Shown: positions 24,636-37,949, counted from the stretch's first letter. The stretch is 64,000 bases of DNA from Malacoraja senta (GCA_038087875.1 CM075993.1:1242001-1306000), one strand, 5' to 3'. The notes: generated by a model not told the origin, from the sequence alone. Translations and numbers: made by a program.

Positions 24636-27600
24636 TTCTAAATACAATGGTACATTGTCACACATAATGAAAATTATTTTTTACATATAGTTCAGCAACA
24701 ATCTAACTTTACATTAGGCACAATCATATGTAAGCGCAAAAGTTTAAAATAGTAGATTACGCTGAGGCAGTATATAAGAGACACCACATTTCTGCCGTCT
24801 GCTTGTACCTTTCAAGTTCAGAGCTGTTAAAAATACTCATAACATTGAACACTTAAACCAACTTTATTTTTCTTCAGTATAATTTTCTTATAAATGTTCA
24901 CCCCTTTGATTTTAGCATCTTCTTCCATTTAATGAACAAATTTATAACAGTGAAACCTCAACCCTTCCCCGAGCATTTGGTCTTGGATAATGCTGTCACT
25001 GTAACCACTTTCATGTCAGTCATAAGACTGGTAACAGATCAGAGCACACTTTACTGTTCTTAACTAAGATGTTCTCAGAGTTTCCTTTTTTTGTAACGGA
25101 TGGTCTCATCTTTCTTTTCTGATTCAGTATCAGTTTTATGTCTCTCTGTATTTGTAGTGGATTGTTTGGCACGTACTGTTTTCCAAAAAACTACGGAAGA
25201 CTAAAATTAGCATTAAAAGTGTTGAGGATGTTTTCACAATCAGTATGTTGAGGAATCAACAAAGAAACTGATCTGGAATTTTTGGAATTCTCGTGGAAGG
25301 TTTCATGATGATGTTTTTCTTTGGGAGAATGCTCCAGTGATCCTCAGTAGTAAACAAAGTGTACTATATAAGAACTTTTGGTCCTTCAGACCTTCACTCT
25401 TCCCATGACAATCGATAAGATTGTGGCTGATCGTTTACCTTGAGTACTATCCAACACTAACCCAATAGTCTTTGATTCCTGATTCCTGTCTTGGATACAC
25501 TCAATGAAGGAACTCAAAAAATAAACTACTGTAAGAATCCAGCAGTTCAAACTGCATCTGTGGTGGCTATGGTGTAGTTGATGTTTCAGGTTGAGGCCCT
25601 GCATCACAACTGAACATGGAGGGAAGATAGTCCGTATATAGAAGTGAGAGGGAGGGGTCATCAGAAGGAAGTAGGTGACACGTAGCTGTGGTCATGCATT
25701 TTGGTACGGACATTGTTGAAGATCAGAAGGAACAGAGGAACGAGAACAATAAGAGAAGAACTTAAAAGAAATCCGAAAGAGGAGAGTTTCATCAAAGTCC
25801 GTCTGGTCGGGAGAGCACTAGGGGTGGGAGAGAGATCCTGCAAGGAACAGGCAGAAGATAAGATAGTGGCAGGACGTTGAAGATAAGCTCACATCTCCCT
25901 TTATTTTAGGCAGGATCTTGGCATTTCTTCCTACCTGCTGTGCATCAGGTGGAGTGTGTTGAGGAATATGCCAAGGCCAAAGCACCCCTTCAGAGTCTTG
26001 AATCCTCTGGCTCTCAACTTATTGCAATGTGCTTTTATTAGCATCTTCATGTTTACCCTGCTCTTGAACAAAAGCTGCCTGAAGGTGATGGAATGCTCCA
26101 ACTGCATTCTTCTTAGGTAATTTGTGTGGTTTATATATTCTACTGCCTCTCTTCTCCCCCCCCCCCCCCTTTTTTTATTTCCCTGGTGCCAAACACAAAC
26201 TAATGTACAGCTGTTAAGCAGCAACTTTAAAAACGATAGAATTTTATTAAAAGGTTTTGGATAGATGGAAATATAATTTCCAGCCATAGTAACACAGTGT
26301 GGGGGTTAGCTAATGTAATGGCGGTTACTGCCCCCTGCTAACTACGGCATGTGTAAATGTACCCCAATACTATGTCAAAGATATTTCTTATCTGCTGAGA
26401 GACTACATAATGTTTGATCAAATACAGGAATACCTAACTTAACGCCACCATGCATTGCATTAGCACGCTTTAATTTTGGAGTATTATTTTTCCAGTCTGC
26501 ACCTTGGCTTTGATGAATGCTGGGGGCTTAATAATAGCATCATGTAGCTTTTGAAAGTACTGATACAGTGAAGGTGTAATTATCTTTTGAACCCGGAGTG
26601 TCAGGTGTGCTGAGATGTTGAAAGGGCTGCTGTGGCTGAACATGTGGGGTTGCAGGCTCCTTCTGCCGGTTGCGTACGAGTGAAGAGTGATTTTTCCTGG
26701 CAACAGGAGACCGGAGGAGTGCATGGGATTGCATTTGCTGGCTTCTGCAGGACTGGACACGCCTTCTACCGGGTAAGTATAGGTGAGTTACCCTGGCTAA
26801 CGGGTGACTGGAAAAGTGCAATGGGTTGGATTTGCTAGCTTCTGCATTACTGGAGGCATCTTCTACTGAGTGCATATGTGCGATTTTCCGGCGCAATTGT
26901 GGCACAGGATCGTGCAGTAGGCAGGATTTGCCAGCTCCTACAGGTCTCCAGGCACCGTCTAAAGTGTGCTTGCAATGCATTTAGCCACTAAGGTTCAGGT
27001 GGGCATCTTTCACGCTTCACCGGGTTCGTTTTTTGGCATTAGGTTTGTAGCTAGGTGCAGGCTGGTATGTTCCAGGACTTCCCTGGATTATGGTCCCGTT
27101 AGGGTTAGGTTGAAGACACAAAGAACAGCAGTGCTGGAGTTCCTCAGCAGAACATTCAGTATCTCTGGAGAACATGGAGGGGTGATGTTTTGTTTCAGGA
27201 CCCTTCTTCAGAGCTGTGATGTACAGTCATGCGATGGAGTACTTCCAGTCTGGAACCAATCTGTATGAAAATTACCTTCCTGTAATGTGATAACCAGAAC
27301 TGCACATATTACTCCAAAGCTAGCCTACCCAAAGTTAGCTTCCGACAACACGACTTCTCAAATTTAATAATCAATGGCCCGCCATATGGAGGAATGCGGC
27401 CACTTTGAGGAAGCTATGGATTTAGACCCCAAGATCCCTCTCTACTGTTCATGGTCCTGCCATCAACAGCATACTTTCTCCTTACATTTGACCTCCCAAA
27501 GTGCCACACATCGCACTTGCCCAGATTAACTCCATCTATCTTTTCTTAGTCCACATCAGTAACTGATCTTTATCCTGCTATTCTTGAACAGATTTCTTCA

Positions 27601-28809
27601 CTGTCCTCAATCCAATCAATCTTTGTGTTTTCTACAAATTTACTCATCAACTCTTCTAAATTTTGGGTCCTCTTCTAAACATCAGGTCCTAGCACAAATC
27701 ATTGTGCAACTTGAGACCTCCAGTCACATTGTTTTCTTTGATCAAGCCTATTTAGTATCCCAGTTACCAACTTATTGAGGATAACGACTTAATCTTCTGA
27801 ATCAGCTTACCACGAAGGACATTGTCAAATACTTTACTAAAGTCCATGCAGAAAATATCAATTTTTGATCCATCATCTTCATAATCTCTTCAAAAAACTA
27901 TGGCTACATCATGTTCCCAGGAAATTCCAACACTTCCCAAACCATGACCTGTACCATCAAACAGGACAAAAGCAGGAGGCACAGGAACCTGCAGGTTCTC
28001 ATCGAAGTCACTTTCATACTTTGAAAATAAAAACTAAGATCATACACACAAGTGTTTTGTTTCAATTCAATATTTTCAGTATTCTAAGTGGGCTAATTTG
28101 CACTACTCTCATATTGCCAATTGTTTACAGCACTAACGCTCAACCCTACAAAACAGATTTAAACAATTCTGTTGCATGTATAAACATGCTGTCAAGAAAA
28201 TTGCAGCAGCAATAATTCATACATCAGAAGCACGAGTCCCAGCATACAGAGATCTATCCTGGCTGACAGAACAATACAAGCACACATTCAATACCATTCC
28301 CTATCCTACCATTGTGCAGAGAAAAACAAACATGAAACACTGTTATGGGGATGTGGCCATTCCAGAATCTAAGGAATTCCAAAAAAAAATTAAGACCATT
28401 AATTTAGACCTTGTGATTTAAAAATGATTCCTAGCCCACATTTTACAAACATGACAATGTTTAAAATGAACAGTCTACAAGTCAGTTTATCATTGTGTTT
28501 GATGATTGTTGTTTTCCTTTGTTTTCATTTGCAAGATCATTTCAATGCAAATTTCCTGCTGCTCTGAGCAATCAACCAATACTTCAATTGGAACAGGCTT
28601 CCATGCTTGGATCGTATAATTAATGTGTCACAATTTAGCTGTCAAAAAAGACATTCGTATGCTGGCAAGAAATCATTCCTGAAATTAACAGAAAATGCTG
28701 GCAGTATTCATCAGGGCAAACAACATGTGGAGAGAGAAGCAATCGGCGTTTCAGCTCTATGGCATTTCATTAGAACCAGCTCAGAAAGAAACCTTCGGTT
28801 TCTACAAAA

Positions 28810-29837
28810 GGAGGAGGAGCCATCTTGAGGAACGGCTGCAAAACAGCAGCCGTCCGTTAATTGTACTTTTTTACCACGTTTTTAGTTTTCTTTAAGTCTT
28901 TGTTTTTATTTATTTTGCCTTTTGATGTGGGGGGAACAAGGGGAAATCACTTCCCGGTCCCTACCTGGTCGGTGAGGCAGCCTTCTCTCCGGCTGCCCAT
29001 TCGACCCGTCCTCGCGGCCTACCAGCGTGCGTGGAGCGGCGTTTCCTGGCGGGAACCGCACAGCACCCTCAGCTTCGGTGGCGGCACGGCGCTGGAGCGC
29101 TACTGTGCAGCGGAGCGGGCGATGCCTTGCCTGGGTCACCGCGCTGGACCGACGCGCTGGAGCTCCGGTGAGCTGGACCGCCGAGCTCAACATCTCCGGG
29201 ACTAGAGCGACCATTCGCGGGCGGCGGCGCCGACTCCAACACCGGGAGCCTTGAGCTCCAAGTCGGCGCGGCCTTGTCGGCTTCAGGTGCTGCGGACGCC
29301 TGCGGGAAATCGGCCGTTCCAGCCGTAGTTGCGGCCTCCGGTGAGGGATGTGGCCGTTCCAGGTGGCCCAACCGCTAGAGGACTCTCCCGACGCCGGGGC
29401 TAAATCACCCGGCGAGAACGGCCAGGATCATCGGGCCTCCGTAGAGGCAATAGCGGGGGCTTCATTTGGCCTGACTTTTTTGGGTGAACTGGGGCTGGGG
29501 ACTGGACATTGTGCCTTCCCCCACAGTGGAAATCATTGTGGGGGGATGATTTTTGTATGTAATTGTTTGTAATTGTATTTGTTAGTCTGTGTTCAAGATG
29601 GAGGGGAGAGTGGACGCTGGCGTTAAATTGCCGCTGCTCTCTCCTCAAATTGTGCTTCTGATTTTCTTTTTTTGTGTGTTTTTGGAAGGAATTCTGTCCC
29701 TGATTTATGTATTGGTCTTTATAACCTATTTTTTTTTAATTCTGATTATATGTTTTCTATAAATCTCTGTATGGTGTCCTTGAGACCTCGGTATAAGGCG
29801 CCCGTAAATAAAATCCATTATTATTATTATTATTATT
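28810..29837 (+). mobile_element. ~1 kb non-autonomous retroelement with L2-type tail, copy 2
   Basis: Same 5' end GGAGGAGGAGCCATCTTG, GC-rich body and (TAT)n tail as copy 1. Confidence 0.85.
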
Positions 29838-32800
29838 CCTGACCTGCAATACTCTCCTAGTCTTTCCTGCCTTTGTCAGGTTATCCGCCTCTAATAATAT
29901 TAACTCAGATGTTCAAACTCATTAAAATACTTTACAAAAGATTTATAAATAATTGTATTATTCTAGCTCATATAGTATTATAATTAGCAATAAAAAAGAA
30001 CATTTTCCTCCATTGAAGACATTTTGCTTTTAAAGATTAGAGTAAAGATTAAAAATAACATCAAATCTTAATGAAGACATCTGGGAAAAACAAATAAGCA
30101 CATAGTGAACGGTGGAAAGTTGCATTATTAGCTAATATATTCAATTCCCTCACCTGCTAAATTGTTGGCATTCCATTCACCCAGTATCTACTCTTGCTTA
30201 CTTTCCAGTATTACAGTGGAGAGTGAATAGGAATCAGAACTCTGTGACAGTAATTTCAGTGGCCTCAGAGTACTCAAACTAAATGTAGCACTATTAATAT
30301 AATACAGACTGAGAATATTAGCCTTGAATACTCATGGTCCATCTAGCTTAGAAATGCAAACTAAACAATGCCTTAGCTACAGTCTGAAGCAGGGTCTCGA
30401 CCCAAAACGTCACCCATTCCTTCTCTCCACAGATGTTGCTGGCCGCTGAGTTACTCCAGCATTTTGTTTCTACCTTAGCAACAATTTCCGTGTTGAATTA
30501 GAAAAAACATAGAAACAAAGAAAAATAGGTGCAGGACATTCGGCCCTTCGAGCCAGCACTGCCATTCAATATGATCATGGATGATTATCTAAAATCAGTA
30601 CCCCATTCCTGCTTCCCCCCCCCCCCCCCCATATCCCTTGATCCATTCTAACCTGTGCAACAAGCTTTAGTTAATGTATCTATGGCATGCTAGGAAAGAG
30701 GTGAAAAGTTAGTGCCACATCTCTGGCAGATGTGTGGTCAATTGCTCTTAGAAACCGTGCAGTTGATGGAAATAGAAGAAAAAAAGCAAATCAGAGCGTT
30801 TCATAAGTGACCCACTGGAATGCTCAGAGTGGAAGATACGTCTAGAGGTGGCATCTCATTGAAGGTGATGAAAACTATGGAGGAGGATGCTGGTATGTTC
30901 AGGTGGGAGCAGGGCTGAGAGTATAAGTGCGGGAAATGGACCAGGCATGGTTAAGAATTATGAGAGCGTAACCCAAGTGGGAAATATCGTCAGACAAAGA
31001 GGAAGCCATCTCAGAAGCAGTATTTTTTTTGCCTAAACATGCAGAGCTGGCGAAATTGGGATAATTAACCAAACTGGAGTCAGACATTAAGCGATATAGC
31101 ATGGAAACAGCCCCGTTGGCCCAACTTGTCCATGCATACAAGTTGCTAAGCTGAGTTGATCCCACTGATCTGCACCCAGTCCATATCCCCCCCCCTCCCC
31201 CATCTCTGGAGAGAAGGAATGGGTGACGTTTCAGGTCCAGAGCCGCTACCTGTCCCACTGAGTTACTCCAGGTTTGTGTCTATCTTCAGTTTAAACCAGC
31301 ATCTGCAGTTCCTTCCTACACAGATAAATCTTGAAGTTCTATACAAGGGCAGGAACAATATAGTCATTCACGCTACAGATATGAAGGAGGGGTCCGAGTA
31401 AACCAAAGAAAGGTCTGTCCACATAACCCACAAAGAGCAAGGCACAGCTTGTAACCATGCAGGCTCCTGTGAATATGTGCATGCTGTGAAAATGTTCTCT
31501 AAACAGAACAAATACTCTATGCAAAGAGAATCAGAATCAACTATCACAAATGGAAACAGTCAAAAATCAAGTTTTCAGTTGTAGAAAAAGACTATTATAA
31601 AGGCTAGTGAATAACAAAGGCTCCAACTGAGGAGGCGTAAACTGAAGATAAATTATATCTATAATACCAGAGGAAAATAAATAAACGTTAAATGTTGATA
31701 GCATGAGATGCAGCAATAGAATGGCTGACTATCGTGATTTTTTTTTAATTCAATGCCGAGCCCTGAAGCACGTAACATGCCAAGTTGGAAGAGGAGATTT
31801 CTATCCTCAAGCTTGCATCGATATTTGTTGGAACAGTATTTCGAAATTAAAAACAGAGGTGGGAGTGGGATGGAAAGTTCAAGTGACAAGCAAGTTGAAT
31901 ATTCAAGGTCACCACTGCGGATAGAAAACAGTAATCTAGTTGGCTTTGTTTCCACAATGTAAAGACAACCACATGCAAATCAAGTATTTTAAGTTGAAAG
32001 TAACAAAGTAAATTGCTACTTCACTAAAAATGTTTTGCCCATTTGAAGAAATCAAACAGCTACTCTGGCACTTTTTCAGTTCATGATTTCATTTATTACA
32101 TTCACAGTTCATTTGGAAAATTAACACATCTGTATTGAATTGCTTCAGTTGTAGTGAAAAGGCTTCCTAGGGACATTTCACCACAATTATGATAATGTAG
32201 CACACACAAACCTGTGTTGTTAATAGTTGCATATGATCAGAAATATTTTGAACAGTCATCAAAAACATCTGAAAAATGATATCCAAGTTCCTGTTCATAT
32301 GTTCATGCAATGATTCAAAATTATTGGTATTAATGGAAAAGCAGAAACAATCAACTGCAGATGCTTATTTATACCAAAGATAGACGCACAGGGCTGGACT
32401 AACTCAGCAGGTCAGAGTAATTCAGTCTGCAGAAGGGTCTCGACCCGTAATGTCACCCATCCTTGTTCTCCAATGATGCTGCCTGACCTGCTGAGTTACT
32501 CCAGCACTGTCTATCTTTTATGCAATTTTTGTTGGAGTGAGAGTTGTGTTAACAGGATAGAATTAACAAGATTGCTGCAACTGATAACTATCCACTGATA
32601 CCCACTGTAAAATTTGAGTCTGTGTCAAATGAGATGCATCCGAAATGCGAAAATATGCCTCTCAGGAAGAAAATGAAAAATGAATTGCTCATTTCCAATT
32701 ACTTAATGCAGAGCACTACCTGACAATACCACTTCTGGAATGCCAATTATGGTATTTTTTAGACGGGATATTAAGGCACTTAAACTTCGCAAATATGCAT

Positions 32801-33514
32801 AAACCTCCAATTAAACCTGATAGCAAAGTGAACACCACACAAAGCCCAACAAATATGAACCCAGCTAGCAATACATTGACCTTCAGCACCGGACGGCTAA
32901 CCAAACATCCTTCAGGTTTGCACTTGAATTCTCCAATAATCAAGATTAATCAGTAACAGGCTGATAGCAAATCAGGTTACTCAAATAACCATTTGCAATG
33001 CACAACACTTCAACTGTTATTATAAACCCAACTAGTTTGAAATTAACTACCATGTTGAAAATGAATGACCTTCAATATTTAGCCAGCAGCACTTTAAACA
33101 AGAAATCGATCAAACTTACATTTGATCAGTTCAGATTGTTAGCCAACAGCACCGGACTTTTGCTCTGTAATTTTTTTCTACTAAAACATTTTCAAAATAA
33201 TGAAATTAAAAAAAACTGTTACAAACATTTCTGTTGCCACTGTTACACAATACAACAATGTAGTTCAGAAATAATAAGATAGTTCATTAGTTCTATGAGC
33301 AGAATTTGGCCATTCGGCCCATCAAGTGTACTCCGCCATTCACTCTATATATATTTAAAACAAAGCACTAAGTCAGCAAACCACACCAAAACCATTGGCT
33401 CAAGATATCATCCTCAGATCCCCAAAACAAGACTTCTCACTTTGCCCCATCCCTATTGAGGTTTTGATTGGATACAATTTACCTTCTTTGCAAGTTCAGC
33501 TTATTGTTTACGAG

Positions 33515-33855
33515 TATGTGCATGTGGAGAGCATGTTTCCATTAGTGGAAGAGTCTGGAACTAGAAGGCATACCCTCAGAATTAAAGGACGTTCTTTTAG
33601 GAAGGAGACGAGGAGGAATTTCTTTAGTCAGAGGGTGGTGAATCTGTGGAATTCTTTGCCACAGAAGGCTGTTGATGCCAAGTCAGTGGATATTTTTAAG
33701 GCAGATAGATAAATTCATGATTAGTACAGGTGTCAGAGGATATGGGGAGAAGGCAGGAGAATGGGGTTAGGAGGGGGAGATAGATCAGCCATGATTGAAT
33801 GGAGGAGTAGACTTGATGTGCCGAATGGCCTAATTCTACTTATGACCTCATGACT
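33515..33855 (+). mobile_element. CR1 LINE 3' fragment
   Basis: MFPLVEESGTRRHTLRIKG..FFSQRVVNLWNSLP plus CR1-type 3'UTR. Confidence 0.88.
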
Positions 33856-35768
33856 TTAGTATCGACAAGAGCCTGCAAGTTCACAAGGAGATAAAGGATT
33901 CAAGAGATTTTAAGAATGTTTTCAAAACTGAATAAAAATGACAAATAATAGAAGCAGGTTGAAGTGAGGGAAATTTTGCGGGGACTTAATTGGATAACAA
34001 ATTCAAATTTATCATGGACTAAAATAAGTTTTGGACTAGTTTGGAACAAGTCAATCACTCATCAGATTCAGATTAATTTGTCACTTGCTGCAGAGAAATT
34101 CCTTGTTCTCATGAAGCTAACAGAATAAAGAATATACATGGTAATGATAAATACACCCAATATACATAGAGTGTGCACAAGTAGAATGGTGCAAAGAGTT
34201 TAGTGTAATCTGAAATAGTGCCAAAACATACAAAAGTGCAATAAGCTCAGAGGAAGAGGCAGCACCTCCAGGAGAGTGTCCAAAAGAGGTAATTTGTTCA
34301 GTCGTCTGATGGTAGTGGGAGGAAACTGTTATTAATAATTCTGAACATCTGGGCTTTCAAACTCCATCATCTCCCAGAAGGTAGAAGAGAGGCAAGGAGA
34401 TGGCCAGGATGAAAAGCATCTTTGACAATACTTCCAGCCTTCCAGATGCATCACGCCATGAAGATGGATTGGATGGAAGAATGTAACCGGCCTGTGATGC
34501 ACCGGTGCATCATTCTGTACAAGTCGCAATCATTTTACTTCTGATTTATCAAGGGAGAATTGTGTTCACAAAATGTCCTAAAAATACAATGATTGTTCCT
34601 GGAATATTTACTATATTTAACAATTTAACAAAAGGAGGAAGACTGACTGACCTTTATTGCCTTCCATCACAGTGATCACTGTGGTGGATGTTTATGTTAA
34701 GTTCTATCATGTATTATGTTCTTTAATTGTATGGCTGTATGGTAACTCAAATATCACTGTGCCTTAATTGGTGCATGTGACAATAAATGTGAACTTGAAC
34801 TTGAATTTTCATTCACATTGCTAGAACTTCAGTATTCAAATTTAACTTGGGGAGCATGATTAAGTGGAACAAACTGCAGGCAATTAAGTTATATCATAAC
34901 CAGGAATTTAGTCTGTATTAGTGTATCGATGATGCACCTAAATGACCTTTGGAAGGGAAGGGATTGAAGGATATGGCAATTAAATTGACAATTGAGGGGA
35001 CTGGGCATTTCTAATGGAAGAAATAGACTCGACTCAGTTGGGATCTATTTTATGTTCAAAATGGAGGAAAGGGGCATTTTCTTCCTCATGCTGACATTAC
35101 TTCAGATTAAATCAAAATAAACCAAAGTCGCCTTTAAATAACCTGATTGAGATCTTGCAAAATGCTGTTTATTGCAATAAACAGCCACTTCCTGTTCTTA
35201 AAACATCTCAGATCGTCAATTAGTTTAGGCACATCCAATATAGGCACTTCTTAATAAATTCTATCTGAGATCTTTGAGAGAGGGGGAAGTGAAGAATACC
35301 TGATAGCTCTTGGTACATAAAGCTTTGAAGCACACAGCCTTAAAACCCCTCAAAATAATCTGTGTAATTTATAGATCCAATCCTAGGTCTTCAAATGAAA
35401 ATTTGGAGGACCAGCGTATATTCCTCGGTAGGTTATAATTGTGAAACTTGCTATTTTTATTCACCCTTTATAAAATAAAATGACAAGTGAGAGAGTTGGA
35501 CCATAAATTACATTTTCTGACATAGGGCACGGTAAAATAAGATTTGAGGAACCTCTAGGCACCTGGGATGCATATTTACATTGATTAGTCAGATTGAGTT
35601 TCAGATTTTTTAACACCAGATGCACTGGTACACTATGTCTCACAAACAGCATTACAGTACTTGCTTCATGGAGAATTTGCCGTAAAACAAAAATAAAGCA
35701 ATACATCTGTTTACTTTCAAGGATGGTTTTCTTTCAATTCCCGCAAGAGGAAATGTGATGTATCTTAC

Positions 35769-36611
35769 CTCTAGCACAGGTCCAGCTCCAAGAATAATCT
35801 GCTCCACTCCACTGGCAAATCCTTTCTGGCTCAAAGCAGTTAGATGATGGATCAGGAAGTTTGTACTTTGTGTCTTTCCTGAGCCACTCTCGCCCGAAAT
35901 AACTATACATTGGTTCTTCCTACGTTGTAACATGGCATGGTATGCCACATCAGCAATAGCATATACATGGGGCTCCAGTTTACCCAGTTGGTGATTATCA
36001 TACATTTTTACATACTTGGGGTTGTAAATAGGAAGAAATTTAAAAGGATTTATGGCAATTAAAATTGTTCCAACATAAGTGTAGATTTTCTCTTGTTTAA
36101 ACCTATTACGCAGGTTGTCCAGAAGTGTGTTTTCATTCAAGTCTGGTAGATTGCACAGATCATTATAGTCTTTTTGCTGTGGTTGAGGTAAAAAACCCCG
36201 TTCCATCATACTCCGCCGCTCCTCCGTCACCCTCAGCCATGACTGCAGATTGTTGTAATGAATAGAACCATCAAGGTTTTTCTCTCGAAGCAGGAAGCGA
36301 TAGTCCTCACTGCTGAAACTATTTTCCAGGGCAGTGCGTGGCCAAAGCATCATGCGTTGTACTGGACAGTCGGTTGGATTGAGTATCCATTCTTCCCCAC
36401 CAAATTCCTTCACTTCTGCCAAGACATAACATTTTGTCTTCTCTAGCTGTAATTTGTAAATAAGAATTTCAATAACTTCTGCTGCACTGGTGCTTTTCCT
36501 TGCAGCGACAGGGCAATAAATGGTGCCTTCTGCTATATTCCCTGGGTATACCCGTAACGTAAATTCATTGTCTTCACAGCGTCGTCTTCCACCAACATCA
36601 TGCACATTCAT
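35769..36611 (-). CDS. MYO9A: Myosin IXa, first coding exon (exon 2 by human numbering): Ras-association domain plus start of motor domain with P-loop
   Basis: Translation MNVHDVGGRRRCEDNEFTLRVYPG...ISGESGSGKTQSTNF...GAGPVLE (281 codons) resembles the MYO9A N-terminus. Donor GAG|gtaaga at 35769/35768. Acceptor ttttag|ATCTG puts the exon start at 36684 (73 nt of 5'UTR). Confidence 0.97.
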
Positions 36612-37356
36612 ATTGGATCAGTTGTGCCATCAGCACTAATAACACATCCATACAGAGGGCCAGTCCTTCTTCATGATATCAGATCTAAAATACAACAAAC
36701 AGAAGTAGAAATCACATTTCCAGCTGCACTTAAGAATGCAAAATGTTATCACGACAATCCAAAAACTTTAAAAGAGGCTCAATTAATAAATACCTTGGCA
36801 GATTCAATTATCTACGTTACCAAATAAAATTGCAACTCTAAAGAATCATGTGACTTTGCAGGGGTCTTCCCTGTCCTTTAGACGCCCCTTTAAAAGAATG
36901 AGCAGCTCAACTAGCAGCACAATTATATTTCCTAATTTTGCTTCGAAGCTTAACCCTAATGACCATATGCTTCGCATGTCTCTATCCCTTTGAAGCCTCT
37001 ATATCATCTTCTGTCCACAATTTCACCAAAGTTTGGAAGTTTGTAGTAGGCTAAACTTCATGATGCATTTGAATATATAATAAAAGGGAATGTTGTTAAT
37101 CTGCAGAAAGTGTTTCAATAACTAGGAGGCAAAAGAGGTTGTAACAAGGATAGAGCTCTCCCCAAATCCCTTCCACAAGCAGTTGTAATTTTGCTTCCAA
37201 TATTTCATAAATCATGCAAGAAAGATGAGTGCAAATATCTATGTATACAGTGTTTGGGACACTATTACAAATTGTCACGTAAAATTTCTGCTTGTTTTCA
37301 GCAATCAAGTTACTTATAAATTTCTACCTACACTCTGTTGCCGACAGAATATAGAT

Positions 37357-37525
37357 CAGTGCTTCTTAACCTTTTTGGCATACGTAGGCACAAAATACTG
37401 TATGTAGTATGTTCCCAAAAATGGGCTCAACAAATGGATATGTTATTTATGATCCCTTCATGTCCCCCAGTAAAGCCCCAAACGACTCCCCATGAGGGTC
37501 CCAATCCCCAGGTTAAGAACCACTG
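37357..37525. mobile_element. hAT(Charlie)-like MITE
   Basis: 16-bp TIR CAGTGCTTCTTAACCT / AGGTTAAGAACCACTG (1 mismatch); TSD not clean. Confidence 0.65.
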
Positions 37526-37883
37526 ACAGATGAATAGGCTAATTATTCCTCTTTGCATCCAGTGCCCCTCCCCTCCCTGTTCATCTGCAATGCCATTCCA
37601 GTTTTTCTATCCAAGTGGATGAACTCCCATGTTTCCACATGTTCCTCTGCCATGTCTTTGCCACTTCACTCAACATTTTTGGAAGTTTGAGTTTAGTGTA
37701 TCCTTCTGTCGTGGAGGTTTAGCGAGATGGGACTAAATGTAATGACCAATTTATGAAAAGTGGCCTACCAGTAATAGAATAATTCAAGCCACTAAAATGG
37801 CATACTTGGATAAAAGTGGAAAATACGTAGATTGGCTGATGTTTGAAACAAGTGTTTTCTATTATAAATTTTCTAGCTCTCGC

Positions 37884-37949
37884 CAGATTGCAATGGTTCT
37901 CAGCAATTGAGTTCAACTAAACTCAATTGCTGAGAACCACTGCAATCTG
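37884..37949. repeat. Near-perfect inverted repeat (30-bp arms, 6-nt loop)
   Basis: CAGATTGCAATGGTTCTCAGCAATTGAGTT-CAACTA-AACTCAATTGCTGAGAACCACTGCAATCTG. Confidence 0.95.

Noticed and set aside
24850..25350. Coding-like purine-rich minus-strand stretch (..STTNTERHKTDTESEKKDETIRYKKRKL*)
   Set aside because: Multiple stops in the frames I translated, no convincing splice sites, no recognisable homology; exons 2 and 3 already join in frame without it
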